The notes below the pieces were generated by a model that had not been told where the DNA came from, did not search any database, and saw only the letters and a list, made by a program, of their open reading frames with translations. The position numbers were made by a program, and so were the translations under genes. Shown here one piece after another: positions 1 to 10,366 of a stretch of 64,000 nt of DNA (position 1 is the first letter of the stretch; the number at the start of each line of letters is the position of its first letter). The DNA comes from Alphaproteobacteria bacterium. GTDB lineage: Bacteria > Pseudomonadota > Alphaproteobacteria > JANSWW01. The stretch spans positions 4,256 to 68,255 of the forward strand of contig JANSWW010000007.1 in assembly GCA_024743275.1 (NCBI GenBank). The letters are read 5' to 3'.

Positions 1-369
1 GGCGGTCGTGCCTGGTCAGCAGGTCGTGACGACCCCACACGCCGCGTACACCGCCGGAGGAGACCTGGATGCCCTTCAGCATCAGCTCCTGCGCCACCCG
101 CAGCGGGCCGTGGCCGGGATGCTTCAGGGCGTGGTCGAGGACAGCCGTCTCGACCTCCTGGGTCACCCGGTTGGGATGCGGCCCCTTGGCGCCGGGCAGC
201 CGGTCGATCAGGCCTTCCGAGCCATAGGTTTGGAAGTTGCGCCGGATCTCGTAGAACTGCTGGCGCGAGTAGCCCATGATCCTGCAGGCCTTGGAGACGT
301 TGTTCATCTCGGTCGCAAGTTCGAGCAGGGAGAGCTTGCGTCGTGCTACCTTGTCCTTCGTGGTCATGT
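1..369 (-). CDS. IS481-family transposase, N-terminal part (start codon at 369; C-terminus lies beyond the window start). Not in the ORF track because it runs off the edge.
   Basis: Minus-strand translation MTTKDKVARRKLSLLELATEMNNVSKACRIMGYSRQQFYEIRRNFQTYGSEGLIDRLPGAKGPHPNRV... matches the HTH N-terminus of IS481-family transposases. Confidence 0.5.
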
Positions 370-465
370 CGTTTCTCCTGACTGGCTGGATTGTTTTTGG
401 CGAACAAATCCTAACCCCAATCAGGAGCGGCATGGCCACACCCGACCCGCCCTCGGGCGGCTCGG

Positions 466-696
466 GTGTGGCGTAAACTGTCAGGTCAATACGGTCTCAG
501 CTCACACGGATGGATCAAGCAGGCCGGCTTGGATGACGGTCGGCGTGAGGACGGCCTGACCAGCGCCGAGCGGGAGGAACTGAAGCAGCTCCGCGAAGAG
601 AACCGCCAGCTCAAGGTTGAGCGTGACATCCTGTCAAAGGCCGCGGCCTGGTTTGCTCAGAACGACGTGACGTCTTCGAGGTCTTCGAATTCATGA
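466..696 (+). pseudogene. IS3-family transposase OrfA, C-terminal fragment only
   Basis: ...GLTSAEREELKQLREENRQLKVERDILSKAAAWFAQ is the typical IS3 OrfA zipper. The N-terminal HTH is missing. Confidence 0.6.
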
Positions 697-1059
697 CCGT
701 GAACCAGGCCTTCTATCCGGTTGGGACCATGGCCCGGGTGCTGGGTGTTTCCAGGAGCGGTTTCTATGCCTGGCGCGTCAGATCGCCATCTGCCCGATCG
801 ATTGCCGATGGCGATCTGACGCGGCGGATCCGGCGAATTCATGACGCTTCCCGGCAGACTTATGGTGCGCCCCGCATCCACGCTGATCTCGCCGAAGCCG
901 GTGTCTGTGTCGGCCGCAAGCGGACCATAAGGCTCATGAAAGCCGCCGGTCTGGCCGGTGTCAGCCGGCGTCGATCCCCCAGCGCCACGATCTGGGATGA
1001 GCGGGTTCGGCCTGCCTGCGATCTGGTGGATCGGAACTTTAAGGCAGATAGGCCCAACC

Positions 1060-2377
1060 GGGACTATCCTGAATTTTGTGCTCTGACGTGGTACTTGCTC
1101 TGAGAGGAGACCCACGTATGAGCATCGATAAAGACCTGCTGGACCGCCTGATGGAGGGCCGCTCGCCCGGCGACCTGTTTGGCAAGACCGGCATCCTGGC
1201 GGACCTGACGAAGGCTCTGGCGGAACGCGCGCTGAGCGCGGAGATGGACGTCCATCTCGATGAAGAGCGTACGGAGCAGGCCCCCAAGGGCCAGAACCAG
1301 CCGGCCAACCGGCGTAACGGCAGCAGCGAAAAGACGGTGACGACGGACACCGGCAAGGTGGTTCTGGACATTCCCCGCGACCGGAACGGCACCTTCGATC
1401 CGATGCTGATCGAAAAATACCAGCGCCGCTTTCCCGAGTTCGACCGCAAGATCGTCAGCATGTATGCCCGAGGGATGACGACGCGAGAGATCCAGGGGCA
1501 CATCGAGGACATCTATGGTGTGGAAGCCTCTCCCAGCCTGATCTCGGCGATTACCGAGGCGGTGATGGAGGAGGTCACGGCCTGGCAGAACCGGCCTCTG
1601 GAACCCTGCTATCCAATCGTCTTCATGGATGCGATCCGGGTCAATATCCGGACCGACGGGGCGGTCGCGAACAAGGCGGTTTTCTTGGCCCTGGCGGTCC
1701 TTCCGGACGGCACGCGGGACGTCCTGGGGCTATGGTTCCAGGCCAATGAGGGGGCGAAGTTCTGGGCCAAGGTTCTCAGCGATCTGCGCAACCGGGGTGT
1801 CCAGGACATCCTGATCGCCGTCGTGGACGGGCTGAAGGGCTTTCCCCAGGCCATCGAGGCGGCATTCCCCCAGACCCGGATCCAGACCTGCATTGTCCAT
1901 CTGCTGCGCCATTCCATGAACTTCACCAGCTACAAGGACCGCAAGGCCGTCGCCGCTGCCCTCAAGGCGATCTACACGGCGGTGGATGCCGACGCGGCCG
2001 AGCTGGCCTTGGCAGAGTTCGAGGACAGCGATCTGGCCAAACGGTATCCGGCGATCGCGCCGAGCTGGCGCCGGGCGTGGAACGAGGTCATTCCGTTCCT
2101 CGACTACCCGCCCGAAGTTCGCAAGCTGATCTACACCACAAATGCCATTGAGGCCTTGAACTCGAAGATCCGCCGCGCCGTCCGCACCCGGGGGCACTTC
2201 CCCAGCGACGATGCGGCCGCCAAATTGATTTATCTGACGCTGAATGCTACCTCGTCAGAGTGGAAGCGCTCGGTCCGCGAATGGCACGCTGTCAGATCCC
2301 AGCTCGCCATCATGTTCGAAGACCGCTTCCCCTTGGCCTGACAAATGACGTCAGAGCACAAAATATCGGACAGTCTC
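1060..2377 (+). mobile_element. Complete IS256-family insertion sequence with imperfect ~28-bp terminal inverted repeats and an 8-bp target-site duplication GCCCAACC
   Basis: Left inverted repeat GACTATCCTGAATTTTGTGCTCTGACGT (~1062-1089). Right inverted repeat, reverse-complemented, GACTGTCCGATATTTTGTGCTCTGACGT (~2347-2375). Direct repeat GCCCAACC at 1052-1059 and 2378-2385. Confidence 0.7.
1118..2341 (+). CDS. IS256-family (mutator-type) transposase
   Basis: MSIDKDLLDRLMEG...GTFDPMLIEKYQRR...IVFMDAIRVNIR...LALAVLPDGTRDVLGLW...KVLSDLRNRGVQDILIAVVDGLKGF...IQTCIVHLLRHS is characteristic of IS256 transposases. The ATG at 1118 lies inside ORF 1076..2341. Confidence 0.85.
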   Translation: MSIDKDLLDRLMEGRSPGDLFGKTGILADLTKALAERALSAEMDVHLDEERTEQAPKGQNQPANRRNGSSEKTVTTDTGKVVLDIPRDRNGTFDPMLIEKYQRRFPEFDRKIVSMYARGMTTREIQGHIEDIYGVEASPSLISAITEAVMEEVTAWQNRPLEPCYPIVFMDAIRVNIRTDGAVANKAVFLALAVLPDGTRDVLGLWFQANEGAKFWAKVLSDLRNRGVQDILIAVVDGLKGFPQAIEAAFPQTRIQTCIVHLLRHSMNFTSYKDRKAVAAALKAIYTAVDADAAELALAEFEDSDLAKRYPAIAPSWRRAWNEVIPFLDYPPEVRKLIYTTNAIEALNSKIRRAVRTRGHFPSDDAAAKLIYLTLNATSSEWKRSVREWHAVRSQLAIMFEDRFPLA

Positions 2378-3132
2378 GCCCAACCAGCTATGGGTCGCAG
2401 ACATTACCTATGTCCCCAGCTGGGCCGGCTTCCTCTATCTGGCAGTCGTGCTCGATACCTACAGCCGCCGCGTCGTTGGTTGGTCCATGAGCTACAACCT
2501 CAAGGCCCAACTGGTCATCGACGCCATGAACATGGCCGTGGCACAGCGACGGCCGATCGACGTCATCCACCATTCTGACCAAGGCTCCCAATACACGTCC
2601 ATTGCATTCGGCCTGCGTTGCAAAGAGGCCAATGTCCGGCCTTCGATGGGATCGGTCGGGGATGCCTATGACAACGCCATGTGTGAGAGCTTCTTCGCGA
2701 CGCTCGAATGCGAATTGCTCGACCGGCGCAAGTTCAAAACCAAGGCCGAGGCCCGCATGGCCGTCTTTACGTTCATCGAAGGCTGGTACAACCCGGCCCG
2801 GCGACATTCCGCGTTGGGATACAAATCCCCCATCACCTTTGAAAGGAAACACTGTCAGATGCTAGAGGCCCAAAGCCATTAACCGTCCACAAAACCGGGG
2901 GAACTCCAACTCCAGACAGTGACGCAAGCTACGATCAGAGCGTGGCGGCGTAAATCACACCGAATGGCCTCCGGCAATCCCGGGGCGGTTCAACCACCTG
3001 CACCAGAATCCATCGTCACGATGGACCAGAGACCACCCATGCACTAACATTCAATCTGGACCAGTCAGATGAAGCTGCTCATTAGTCCGACAAACATTCA
3101 TCTGAAACTTATGAGCTCTAAGATCTACCGCT

Positions 3133-3540
3133 GTGGATATATTTTCTGAATCTGAACGATCAAAAAACATGGGGCGAATCGGTCCCAAGGATACCAAGCC
3201 GGAACTTCGCGTGCGCAAGCTCGCCCATCATCTGGGTTATCGTTTCAGACTGCACCGCAAAGATCTGCCCGGAACGCCAGACCTGATATTCCCCCGGTAC
3301 GGGGCTGCAGTATTCGTTCACGGATGCTTCTGGCACCGTCACCAAGGGTGCAAGTATGCAACGACACCGGCAACCCGGCGGGCCTTTTGGGAGACCAAGT
3401 TCAAGCGAAACGTCGCCCGGGATCGCTGGGCGATCGAAACATTGGAAGAGATGGGATGGAAAGTTCTCGTGATCTGGGAGTGCGAGACGCGCGACATCTC
3501 GAAGATGGAAGAGCGCCTTCAGGGGTTTCTCAAGCCGTGA
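3133..3540 (+). CDS. vsr: Very-short-patch-repair (Vsr) DNA mismatch endonuclease; GTG start
   Basis: SERSKNMGRIGPKDTKPELRVRKLAHHLGYRFRLHRKDLPGTPDLIFPRYGAAVFVHGCFWHRH...WKVLVIWECE carries the hallmarks of the Vsr family. Confidence 0.85.
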   Translation: MDIFSESERSKNMGRIGPKDTKPELRVRKLAHHLGYRFRLHRKDLPGTPDLIFPRYGAAVFVHGCFWHRHQGCKYATTPATRRAFWETKFKRNVARDRWAIETLEEMGWKVLVIWECETRDISKMEERLQGFLKP

Positions 3541-5015
3541 CCCATACGCTCCCGCGCACTTCCGCCGATGACGACCCGCGACCGGGGAAACGGCAGCGCA
3601 TCAAGCAAGGCGGACGGCCACGCGTGCTCGATCTCTTTTCCGGATGCGGTGGATTCTCGCTTGGCTTTCACCGAGTGGGCTTCGACATCACGTCGGGCAT
3701 CGACATCGACGCCGAGGCCGCTGCTTCCCACGCGCTTAATTTTTATCCCAAAGACGCTCACGCTGTCGCAAGGGACATCGTTTCGCTCGAGCCCGAGGAA
3801 GTGACCCGGGAATTCGGCTATGGTCGGGCAGACGAAGCGGTGGACGTCCTGATCGGCGGACCGCCCTGCCAATCCTATGCCCGTGTCGGACGCGCAAAGC
3901 TCCGCGAAACTGCCGCTCACCCGGAGGCCTACAGGATTGATCCAAGAGGCAATCTCTATCTGCGCTACCTGCATTTCGTCGAGGCGCTCAAGCCGCTCGT
4001 GATCGTCATGGAGAATGTACCGGACGCTCTAAATTACGGCGGCCACAACATCGCGGAGGAAACCGCGGAGGCGCTTGAGGACCTCGGCTACGAGTGCAGC
4101 TACACGCTGCTGAACGCCGTGTTCTATGGCGTACCACAGATGCGGGAACGCATGTTTCTCATCGCCTGCCATCGTTCACTTGTAAAGGCCCCAAGCTTTC
4201 CCGCGCCGACGCACCACTTCGATCTGCCCAGTGGCTACCTCAGTTCAAGAAGTGTCGCGACCAAGCTGCTTTCCGGGGACCTCCTGACCGAGCGCCCCTT
4301 CAGATTTACGGAGCCCCCGAGGTCGGATCCGAGACATTGCCAGAAGGCCGTGTCCGTCGGTGAGGCGCTTGGCGACCTGCCGCCGCTGAGGGAGCATCTT
4401 GAAGGGAAGATCAAACGTGGCATGCGCGACCTGTCCACAAGCCTACCCTATCGCAGGGTACGCCCTTCGCGATTTGCGCAGGAGATGCGGAACTGGACCG
4501 GATTCGAGAGCAAGAAGGGCGTGACGGGCCATGTGATCCGACACCTTCCGCGCGACTACCGGATTTTCCGTAAGATGCAGCCAGGCGACCAGTACCCAGA
4601 AGCGCATGCGCTTGCGGAGAGGCTCTTCGAAGAGCACCTCAAGCGCCTGAGCGTTAAGGGTGAACAGATCGAAGACGCCTCTCAACGCTATTTCGAAGAG
4701 AGGGCCAAGTTCGTTCCGCCGTATGATCCGGGAAAATTTCCGAACAAATGGCGAAAGCTGGCAGAGGGCGAACCGTCCCGAACCCTGATGGCGCATCTCG
4801 GCAAGGATTCATACTCTCACATTCATTATGATCATGATCAGGCCCGCACGATCTCCGTACGCGAGGCCGCTCGGTTGCAGTCTTTTCCCGACGGTTTCAT
4901 CTTCTCCGGTGCGATGAACGCCGCTTTCCGACAAATCGGGAATGCGGTCCCGCCTCTGATGGCCTACCAGATCGCCATGCATGTTGCGCGAGAAATTCTG
5001 GACTTGACGAGCTGA
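3537..5015 (+). CDS. dcm: DNA (cytosine-5)-methyltransferase (Dcm type). Probable GTG start at 3537 overlapping the vsr stop (GTGA).
   Basis: Motif I LDLFSGCGGFSLGF, motif IV GGPPCQSYA, motif VI VMENVP, motif X QIGNAVPPLMA. ORF 3324..5015 is in the same frame; its upstream part lies inside vsr. Confidence 0.85.
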   Translation: MTHTLPRTSADDDPRPGKRQRIKQGGRPRVLDLFSGCGGFSLGFHRVGFDITSGIDIDAEAAASHALNFYPKDAHAVARDIVSLEPEEVTREFGYGRADEAVDVLIGGPPCQSYARVGRAKLRETAAHPEAYRIDPRGNLYLRYLHFVEALKPLVIVMENVPDALNYGGHNIAEETAEALEDLGYECSYTLLNAVFYGVPQMRERMFLIACHRSLVKAPSFPAPTHHFDLPSGYLSSRSVATKLLSGDLLTERPFRFTEPPRSDPRHCQKAVSVGEALGDLPPLREHLEGKIKRGMRDLSTSLPYRRVRPSRFAQEMRNWTGFESKKGVTGHVIRHLPRDYRIFRKMQPGDQYPEAHALAERLFEEHLKRLSVKGEQIEDASQRYFEERAKFVPPYDPGKFPNKWRKLAEGEPSRTLMAHLGKDSYSHIHYDHDQARTISVREAARLQSFPDGFIFSGAMNAAFRQIGNAVPPLMAYQIAMHVAREILDLTS

Positions 5016-5080
5016 ACGCGAATAGTTTTTTCTTCATTACTGACACTCACAGGTAGGCGCAGCGTTGCAGCGCATGCGAA

Positions 5081-6613
5081 ATGCTAGCAGCGTATCGCGG
5101 GAGTGCAGTTCCTAGGGGCAGGGCGGAATTGGTTCACGGCATTTCAGAAGACAGCTCGTCGGAAGGGGTCGAACTCCCACCGCGGGCCACATCGCTGATG
5201 ATGTCGATGCGGGCGCTCGGATATAGCGTCGAGGCGTCGATAGCAGACTTGGCCGACAACAGCATCGCGGCGGAAGCCGAGACTATAGGGATCGAATTCG
5301 CTGCCACGCCTGAACCCTACTTGGCCGTCATAGATGACGGTTTCGGAATGGATCGCCAGACCCTGATCGAGGCAATGCGCTTTGGAAGCGCCGATCCGAG
5401 AATGGAGCGCCATGGGAATGATCTTGGTCGCTTCGGCCTTGGCCTGAAGACGGCCTCGCTCGCGCAGTGTCGCAAGGTCACGGTCCTGACAATGCATGAA
5501 GGAGAGCTGAACGCAGCCGAGTGGGATTTGGATGAATGTGAGAGGCGAGGGACCTGGTGGCTGAGTTGTCCTGATCCGGACCTTGCGGCGCCCGAGTATG
5601 CGGCGCGTCTCCGAAAAGAGGGCAAGGGAACAGTGGTTCTCTGGCGGGAGCTTGACCGCCTGATTCCAGAGATGACCGTGAGATCGGAGACTGCATTGGA
5701 CGACGCCTTGTCGGGCGTGCCGGACCACCTCGGCTTCACGTTCCACCGATTTACGGACAGCCGGGGGCCAAAGCCGCTCCGCATAGCGGTCAACAATCGG
5801 GATGTCCCGCAATTCGATCCGTTCCTCCAGGGTCACCCGCGCGGACAGAAGCTCCATGCGGAGTCATTTACGATCGACGGGCAAAAGGTGGAGGTGACGC
5901 CCTTCGTTCTGCCGTTCCCTTCCCGGCTCACGGGCGCAGAATTACAGAGGGCTGGCGGTCGCGAGAGCGTCAAGGGCGGCCACGGTTTCTACATCTATCG
6001 CGGAAACAGGCTAGTGGTGCCTGGGGGTTGGTTCCGGATCGTACCTTCGGACGAGCTTGTTCGGCTCGCTCGGGTGAAGGTCGACGTGCCAACCCAGCTC
6101 GATCACCTTTGGAAGGTCGACATCCGCAAGACCGTTCTGGAGCCGCCGAAGGAACTTCGAAGGAACCTGCGACGCATTGTCGGCGATGCATCCAAGCGAA
6201 GTCGGCGGGTATATCAGTTTCGCGGGAACAGGCAGCAGGGGGAATGCCACCGGCCGGTCTGGGCCAGATACACAGGTCGTGACAGCGCGGCTCAATGGCG
6301 TGTCGATCGCGAGCACCCTGTGGTGAAAGCCCTTGCATCCGAGAACGCGAACACGGTCGAGCAGCTGCTTCGCTTGATCGAAAACAGCCTTCCGGTCCAC
6401 GACATCCATGTGCATCTCGCAAACGATGTACCTGTGGCCGATGAATCCACCTTCAAGGAGCAGGAGTTGGAGGCGCTTGCACAGCGGCTTGTCGACTCAA
6501 TGGGCGAGGATCACGAGGCCAGACGCGCCCTCGTCGCTGGCCTGCCGGACATCGAGCCGTTCAGCAGGGATGTTGAGATGGCTGAAAGAATTGCGGCGAG
6601 GCTGGAGCCATGA
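5081..6613 (+). CDS. MutL/MORC-like GHKL-superfamily ATPase (HATPase_c_3 type ATP-binding protein). Start uncertain; an alternative ATG is at ~5198.
   Basis: Bergerat-fold motifs DLADNSIAA (N box), VIDDGFGM (G1) and GRFGLGLKTAS (G2) are present. Confidence 0.7.
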   Translation: MLAAYRGSAVPRGRAELVHGISEDSSSEGVELPPRATSLMMSMRALGYSVEASIADLADNSIAAEAETIGIEFAATPEPYLAVIDDGFGMDRQTLIEAMRFGSADPRMERHGNDLGRFGLGLKTASLAQCRKVTVLTMHEGELNAAEWDLDECERRGTWWLSCPDPDLAAPEYAARLRKEGKGTVVLWRELDRLIPEMTVRSETALDDALSGVPDHLGFTFHRFTDSRGPKPLRIAVNNRDVPQFDPFLQGHPRGQKLHAESFTIDGQKVEVTPFVLPFPSRLTGAELQRAGGRESVKGGHGFYIYRGNRLVVPGGWFRIVPSDELVRLARVKVDVPTQLDHLWKVDIRKTVLEPPKELRRNLRRIVGDASKRSRRVYQFRGNRQQGECHRPVWARYTGRDSAAQWRVDREHPVVKALASENANTVEQLLRLIENSLPVHDIHVHLANDVPVADESTFKEQELEALAQRLVDSMGEDHEARRALVAGLPDIEPFSRDVEMAERIAARLEP

Positions 6614-9444
6614 ATGAAATGAACAATGTCGAAAGCATCATCTCGACGGCTCAGGCGGGTCTGCGACTGGACCCTCCCCCCACCGAGGCGGAAATCGCCG
6701 AGTTTCTCGGCCGTTTGAAGGTCGCATTCAACATTGATGAACAGATCATCGAGAACGCTAGGATAGCTCTGCATGCCCGTTTCAATCATCGCATGGAGCT
6801 TGGGCAGACCATCCGGGACGACGACAGCCATGAACCATGGCTGTCCGCCCGCAAGGCGGAGATCGAACCCTTCTATTGGGAGCGCTACAGGAAGTTCCTG
6901 CTGCGCGGCGGTTGGGGTCCACACGTCGTCTCCACGCTGGATCAATCGCTCGACGAGATCCTAGATCTCCTAGGGGACCCTTCACAATCGGCCCCATGGA
7001 AGCGACGGGGACTGGTCGTCGGCGACGTCCAGTCGGGCAAGACCGCGACCTATGCGGGACTCATCAACAAGGCTTCCGACGCAGGGTACAGGATGATCAT
7101 TCTGCTCACCGGAACCTTGGAGAACGTGAGGAAGCAGACGCAGGAACGCCTGGACGCTGCTTTCGTAGGCTTTGACAGCCGCGACTACCTCTCCACCAGC
7201 CAGTTGCAGAGAAAAAAGCACGTCGGGGTCGGCCTGATCGACGGACGCCGGGACGGCGTCGTGTTCACGTCGCGCGACAAGGACTTTCGACGCGACACGG
7301 CCACCGCACTAAACATCTCGCTCGACTCGGTTCGGGACCCCGTTCTCGTCGTTGGCAAGAAGAACAAGGCGATCCTCGAACGAGTCGCAGCGTGGCTCCG
7401 AGCGAGGAACGCCGATCGAGATGGCAAGATCGATCTGCCGCTGCTGTTGATCGATGACGAGGCCGACAACGCCTCAATCAACACGAGGTCCAATCCTGAA
7501 GAGACCACGGCGATCAATCGGGCGATTCGGGACCTCTGCTCGCTCTTCAAGAGATCCAGCTATGTGGGGTTCACCGCCACTCCGTTCGCCAACATCTTTA
7601 TCGATCCGGACAGCACGGATAAGTGGCTGGAAGACGACCTGTTTCCCAAGGATTTCATCCACCTTCTAGAGGCGCCCAACAACTACATCGGCATGAACCG
7701 GATCTTTCCGGCGCGCGACGCCGACGACGGATCCCTGGACACGGCTGATGACGACGATCCTGACATGCTTGTCCAGATCGACGATGAGCTCGACTGGCTC
7801 CCCTCGGATCACAAGTCTCACGCCATGCCCGGCCCTCTGCCCAAATCTCTCAAGGAGGCGATGGATTGGTTTCTCCTGACCTGCGCGATCCGCGACCTCC
7901 GAGCCCAGAGCGACGCACCGGGAAAAGGCGGCGGACTGCATCGATCAATGCTCGTCAACGTATCCCGTTTCACGCGCATCCAGGATGAGGTGGCTGGAGA
8001 CCTTCAGCAGGAACTAGAGAGAATGCAGCGCTCTATCCGCTTCCATGGTGCGAAAGAGCCGTCGAAAGCTGCCGCCGAGTCCACCGACATTGCTCGTCTC
8101 GAGGAGGCGTTCCGAAAGTTCGGCGAAACGTGCGAGTTCGCGTGGGGCGATGTCCTGGCGAACCTGCACCAGGCGATCGCACCGGTTCGCGTGCAACCCA
8201 TCAACCAGCGGACCGGCTCCGCCGCTCTAGACTATGGTGCGGTCAAGACCGAGCCCGGCGTTCGGGTTATCGCTGTCGGAGGCAACAGTTTGTCTCGCGG
8301 CATCACGCTCGAAGGGCTTTGCGTCAGCTACTTCCTTCGGAACTCGAAGGCCTACGACACGCTGCTGCAAATGGGTCGTTGGTTCGGGTACAGGGATGGT
8401 TACGGCGACCTTTGCCGGATTTGGCTGAACCCAGAGGCAGAGGGTTGGTATCGGCACATCACATTGGCAACGTCGGAACTCAAGCGAGACTTTCGCCGAA
8501 TGCGCATTCAACGAGCTACTCCCCGAGAGTTCGGCCTCCGGGTGCGAACACATCCGGACACTCTGATCATCACGGCCCGCAACAAGATGGCGACCGGGAT
8601 GGATGTGGTGTCAGAGGTTCAGGAGGTCTCACTCACTGGGCGTGGCATCGAAACAGCTCGCGTACACAAGCGAAGCGACTACTCCGATGAAAACCGCAGA
8701 CTGGTGGAACGGTTTCTGTTGGATCTCTCCTCGTCAGCTGAACCTGAGCTGGTTCGCAAGGACGGGGCGTACCTGTGGAGCGGCGTTGACTCCGCGACAA
8801 TCGCCGACTTCGTGGAGCCTTTCCTGGTCCATCCTCTGAACCATGACTTCCAGGGCGACAGCATCGCCGAGCATCTGCGGGAAGCGGCGAGCGATCCTGA
8901 GCACCCATGGCGAACCTGGAATGTCGCGCTGCCGAGAAAGGGCGAGAAGCGGGGTGAGCCTTGGATCATGGAAGGTTCGGTGAGACTGGAGGCGGACCCG
9001 AAGCTCCGCCGTGTGGTCATCAAGAATGAGACGACGCCGCCCTCCCTGCTTTTGTCAGGAAGCAGCGCACGCGTCGGCAGCCGGACCGAGGTCCTCTACG
9101 GAATGAGCCCTGAGGAAGAGGGCGAAGCGTTACGGAGGGCCCAGGAGGAGGCGCCCTCTGCAAGGGCGATTCCCGAGGACGTGGCGCGTTCTGTGATGCA
9201 GCGCCCGCTCCTCGCGATCTACTTGGTCCGAGGCTATGTGAAGCATCCGAACAGCGACGAGAAGCCGCTATTCGAGGATGGCCGGATCATCCCAGCTCTC
9301 GGGCTGCACTTTCCTGGAGAAAAGGATCCGAACGCCAAGAAGCGGCTTGTCAAATACCGCCTCAACCGGATCGCACAGGCCGAGCTAGACATGGGCCTGG
9401 ACCTCGCCGACGATCGTCCGATCGACGAAGACTACGATGCTTGA
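6610..9444 (+). CDS. Z1-domain protein (large P-loop NTPase of the kind associated with Dcm/Vsr systems)
   Basis: Walker-A-like GLVVGDVQSGKTATYAGL. 944 aa. Start ATG overlaps the stop of the upstream gene (ATGA). Confidence 0.7.
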   Translation: MNEMNNVESIISTAQAGLRLDPPPTEAEIAEFLGRLKVAFNIDEQIIENARIALHARFNHRMELGQTIRDDDSHEPWLSARKAEIEPFYWERYRKFLLRGGWGPHVVSTLDQSLDEILDLLGDPSQSAPWKRRGLVVGDVQSGKTATYAGLINKASDAGYRMIILLTGTLENVRKQTQERLDAAFVGFDSRDYLSTSQLQRKKHVGVGLIDGRRDGVVFTSRDKDFRRDTATALNISLDSVRDPVLVVGKKNKAILERVAAWLRARNADRDGKIDLPLLLIDDEADNASINTRSNPEETTAINRAIRDLCSLFKRSSYVGFTATPFANIFIDPDSTDKWLEDDLFPKDFIHLLEAPNNYIGMNRIFPARDADDGSLDTADDDDPDMLVQIDDELDWLPSDHKSHAMPGPLPKSLKEAMDWFLLTCAIRDLRAQSDAPGKGGGLHRSMLVNVSRFTRIQDEVAGDLQQELERMQRSIRFHGAKEPSKAAAESTDIARLEEAFRKFGETCEFAWGDVLANLHQAIAPVRVQPINQRTGSAALDYGAVKTEPGVRVIAVGGNSLSRGITLEGLCVSYFLRNSKAYDTLLQMGRWFGYRDGYGDLCRIWLNPEAEGWYRHITLATSELKRDFRRMRIQRATPREFGLRVRTHPDTLIITARNKMATGMDVVSEVQEVSLTGRGIETARVHKRSDYSDENRRLVERFLLDLSSSAEPELVRKDGAYLWSGVDSATIADFVEPFLVHPLNHDFQGDSIAEHLREAASDPEHPWRTWNVALPRKGEKRGEPWIMEGSVRLEADPKLRRVVIKNETTPPSLLLSGSSARVGSRTEVLYGMSPEEEGEALRRAQEEAPSARAIPEDVARSVMQRPLLAIYLVRGYVKHPNSDEKPLFEDGRIIPALGLHFPGEKDPNAKKRLVKYRLNRIAQAELDMGLDLADDRPIDEDYDA

Positions 9445-10366
9445 GCAGCTCTGGGAGGATCTCAAGAGAGCCGGTGGAGGAGTGCAGCGGCGAATAGACG
9501 AAACGCACCCCCTCGATCTTTATGCCGACTACGATCTTCCGCAGAAGCCTGGTCTTGTGTTGTTCACGCCCCGGCGACCGCCGGATTACACCTCGATTCA
9601 GTCCATCCGAATGGAGACGAGGCAAAGGGACGACGGAAAGTGGTCGCTCCGCATGATGCTGGAGACGCCAACCCTCGAACCGGTCTTTGCAGAACTGTGT
9701 CGCGATATCGTCGAGTACACGAGGGAGAATGTGGAACCGGCTGCTGGACCTTCGGCATTCCTGACCAGAGTCGACAGATGGCGTCGGCTCCTGGAAAGAG
9801 GTGCTGCAGAGTTCGGCGTCGAAGCGGTGCGCGGCCTGATCGGCGAACTTCTTTTTATGAAGCACATCGCCTTTCGCGACCTTTCAAAAGGGGCGGCCCT
9901 GACTGCCTGGACCGGTCCGATAGGGGCGCCGCATGACTTCCTTTTTCCCGACGGCAGAAGGTTTGAGATCAAGACCGTAGGCGTTGCGGCAGATACCGCG
10001 CGGATCAACGGCCTCGCGCAGCTCGATGGCTTCGGCGGGACCTTGTCGCTCGTTGTCATTCGGATGGCGAAGACCGGAGCGGACAATCCATACGGTGTAG
10101 GCGTGAGCCGACTGGCGCGCGAGATCCACTCGGAGCTGGAGGAAGATCCGGGGCTTCAGGCGGAATTCCAGAGACTGCTGCGGCTGACCGGCTGGAGGGA
10201 GGGTGCCGAGCGTGAGCCCTATGCGGCGACCATCATGCAGATGGAGTTTCACGTAGTAGCCGACGCATTCCCCGCTCTCACGCGCGAATCCGTTCCAGAC
10301 GGCGTCGTCGAGGCCGATTATGAGATCAGATTGCCGCAACCTACCGAAACCGAGGTTCTCAACTGA
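9437..10366 (+). CDS. PD-(D/E)xK nuclease-fold protein
   Basis: ...GELLFMKH...HDFLFPDGRRFEIKTV... gives D...E-I-K spacing typical of the PD-(D/E)xK motif. Overlaps the Z1 gene by 8 nt. Confidence 0.55.
   Translation: MLEQLWEDLKRAGGGVQRRIDETHPLDLYADYDLPQKPGLVLFTPRRPPDYTSIQSIRMETRQRDDGKWSLRMMLETPTLEPVFAELCRDIVEYTRENVEPAAGPSAFLTRVDRWRRLLERGAAEFGVEAVRGLIGELLFMKHIAFRDLSKGAALTAWTGPIGAPHDFLFPDGRRFEIKTVGVAADTARINGLAQLDGFGGTLSLVVIRMAKTGADNPYGVGVSRLAREIHSELEEDPGLQAEFQRLLRLTGWREGAEREPYAATIMQMEFHVVADAFPALTRESVPDGVVEADYEIRLPQPTETEVLN

Larger units (their letters stand above)
693..2882 (+). pseudogene. IS3-family transposase OrfB interrupted by an IS256 insertion
   Basis: N-terminal part 693..1057 (YGAPRIHADLAEAGVCVGRKRTIRLMKAAGL...FKADRPN). 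It resumes in the same frame at ~2386 (PNQLWVADITYVPSWAGFLYLAVVLDTYSRRVVGWSMS...) and continues through the rve/DDE domain to the stop at 2882. Confidence 0.65.
466..2940 (+). mobile_element. IS3-family insertion sequence, 5'-truncated (left end replaced by the IS481-family element) and internally disrupted by an IS256-family element
   Basis: orfA C-terminal leucine-zipper region (466..696). orfB is in the -1 frame and split into an N-terminal part (693..~1057) and a DDE integrase-core C-terminal part (~2386..2882). A terminal-repeat-like sequence lies at ~2911-2938. Confidence 0.6.

Noticed and set aside
8-559. 183-aa plus-strand ORF at the window start
   Set aside because: It runs antisense to a clearly recognisable IS481-family transposase N-terminus on the minus strand and has no similarity to anything I recognise. 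It is a high-GC antisense artefact.
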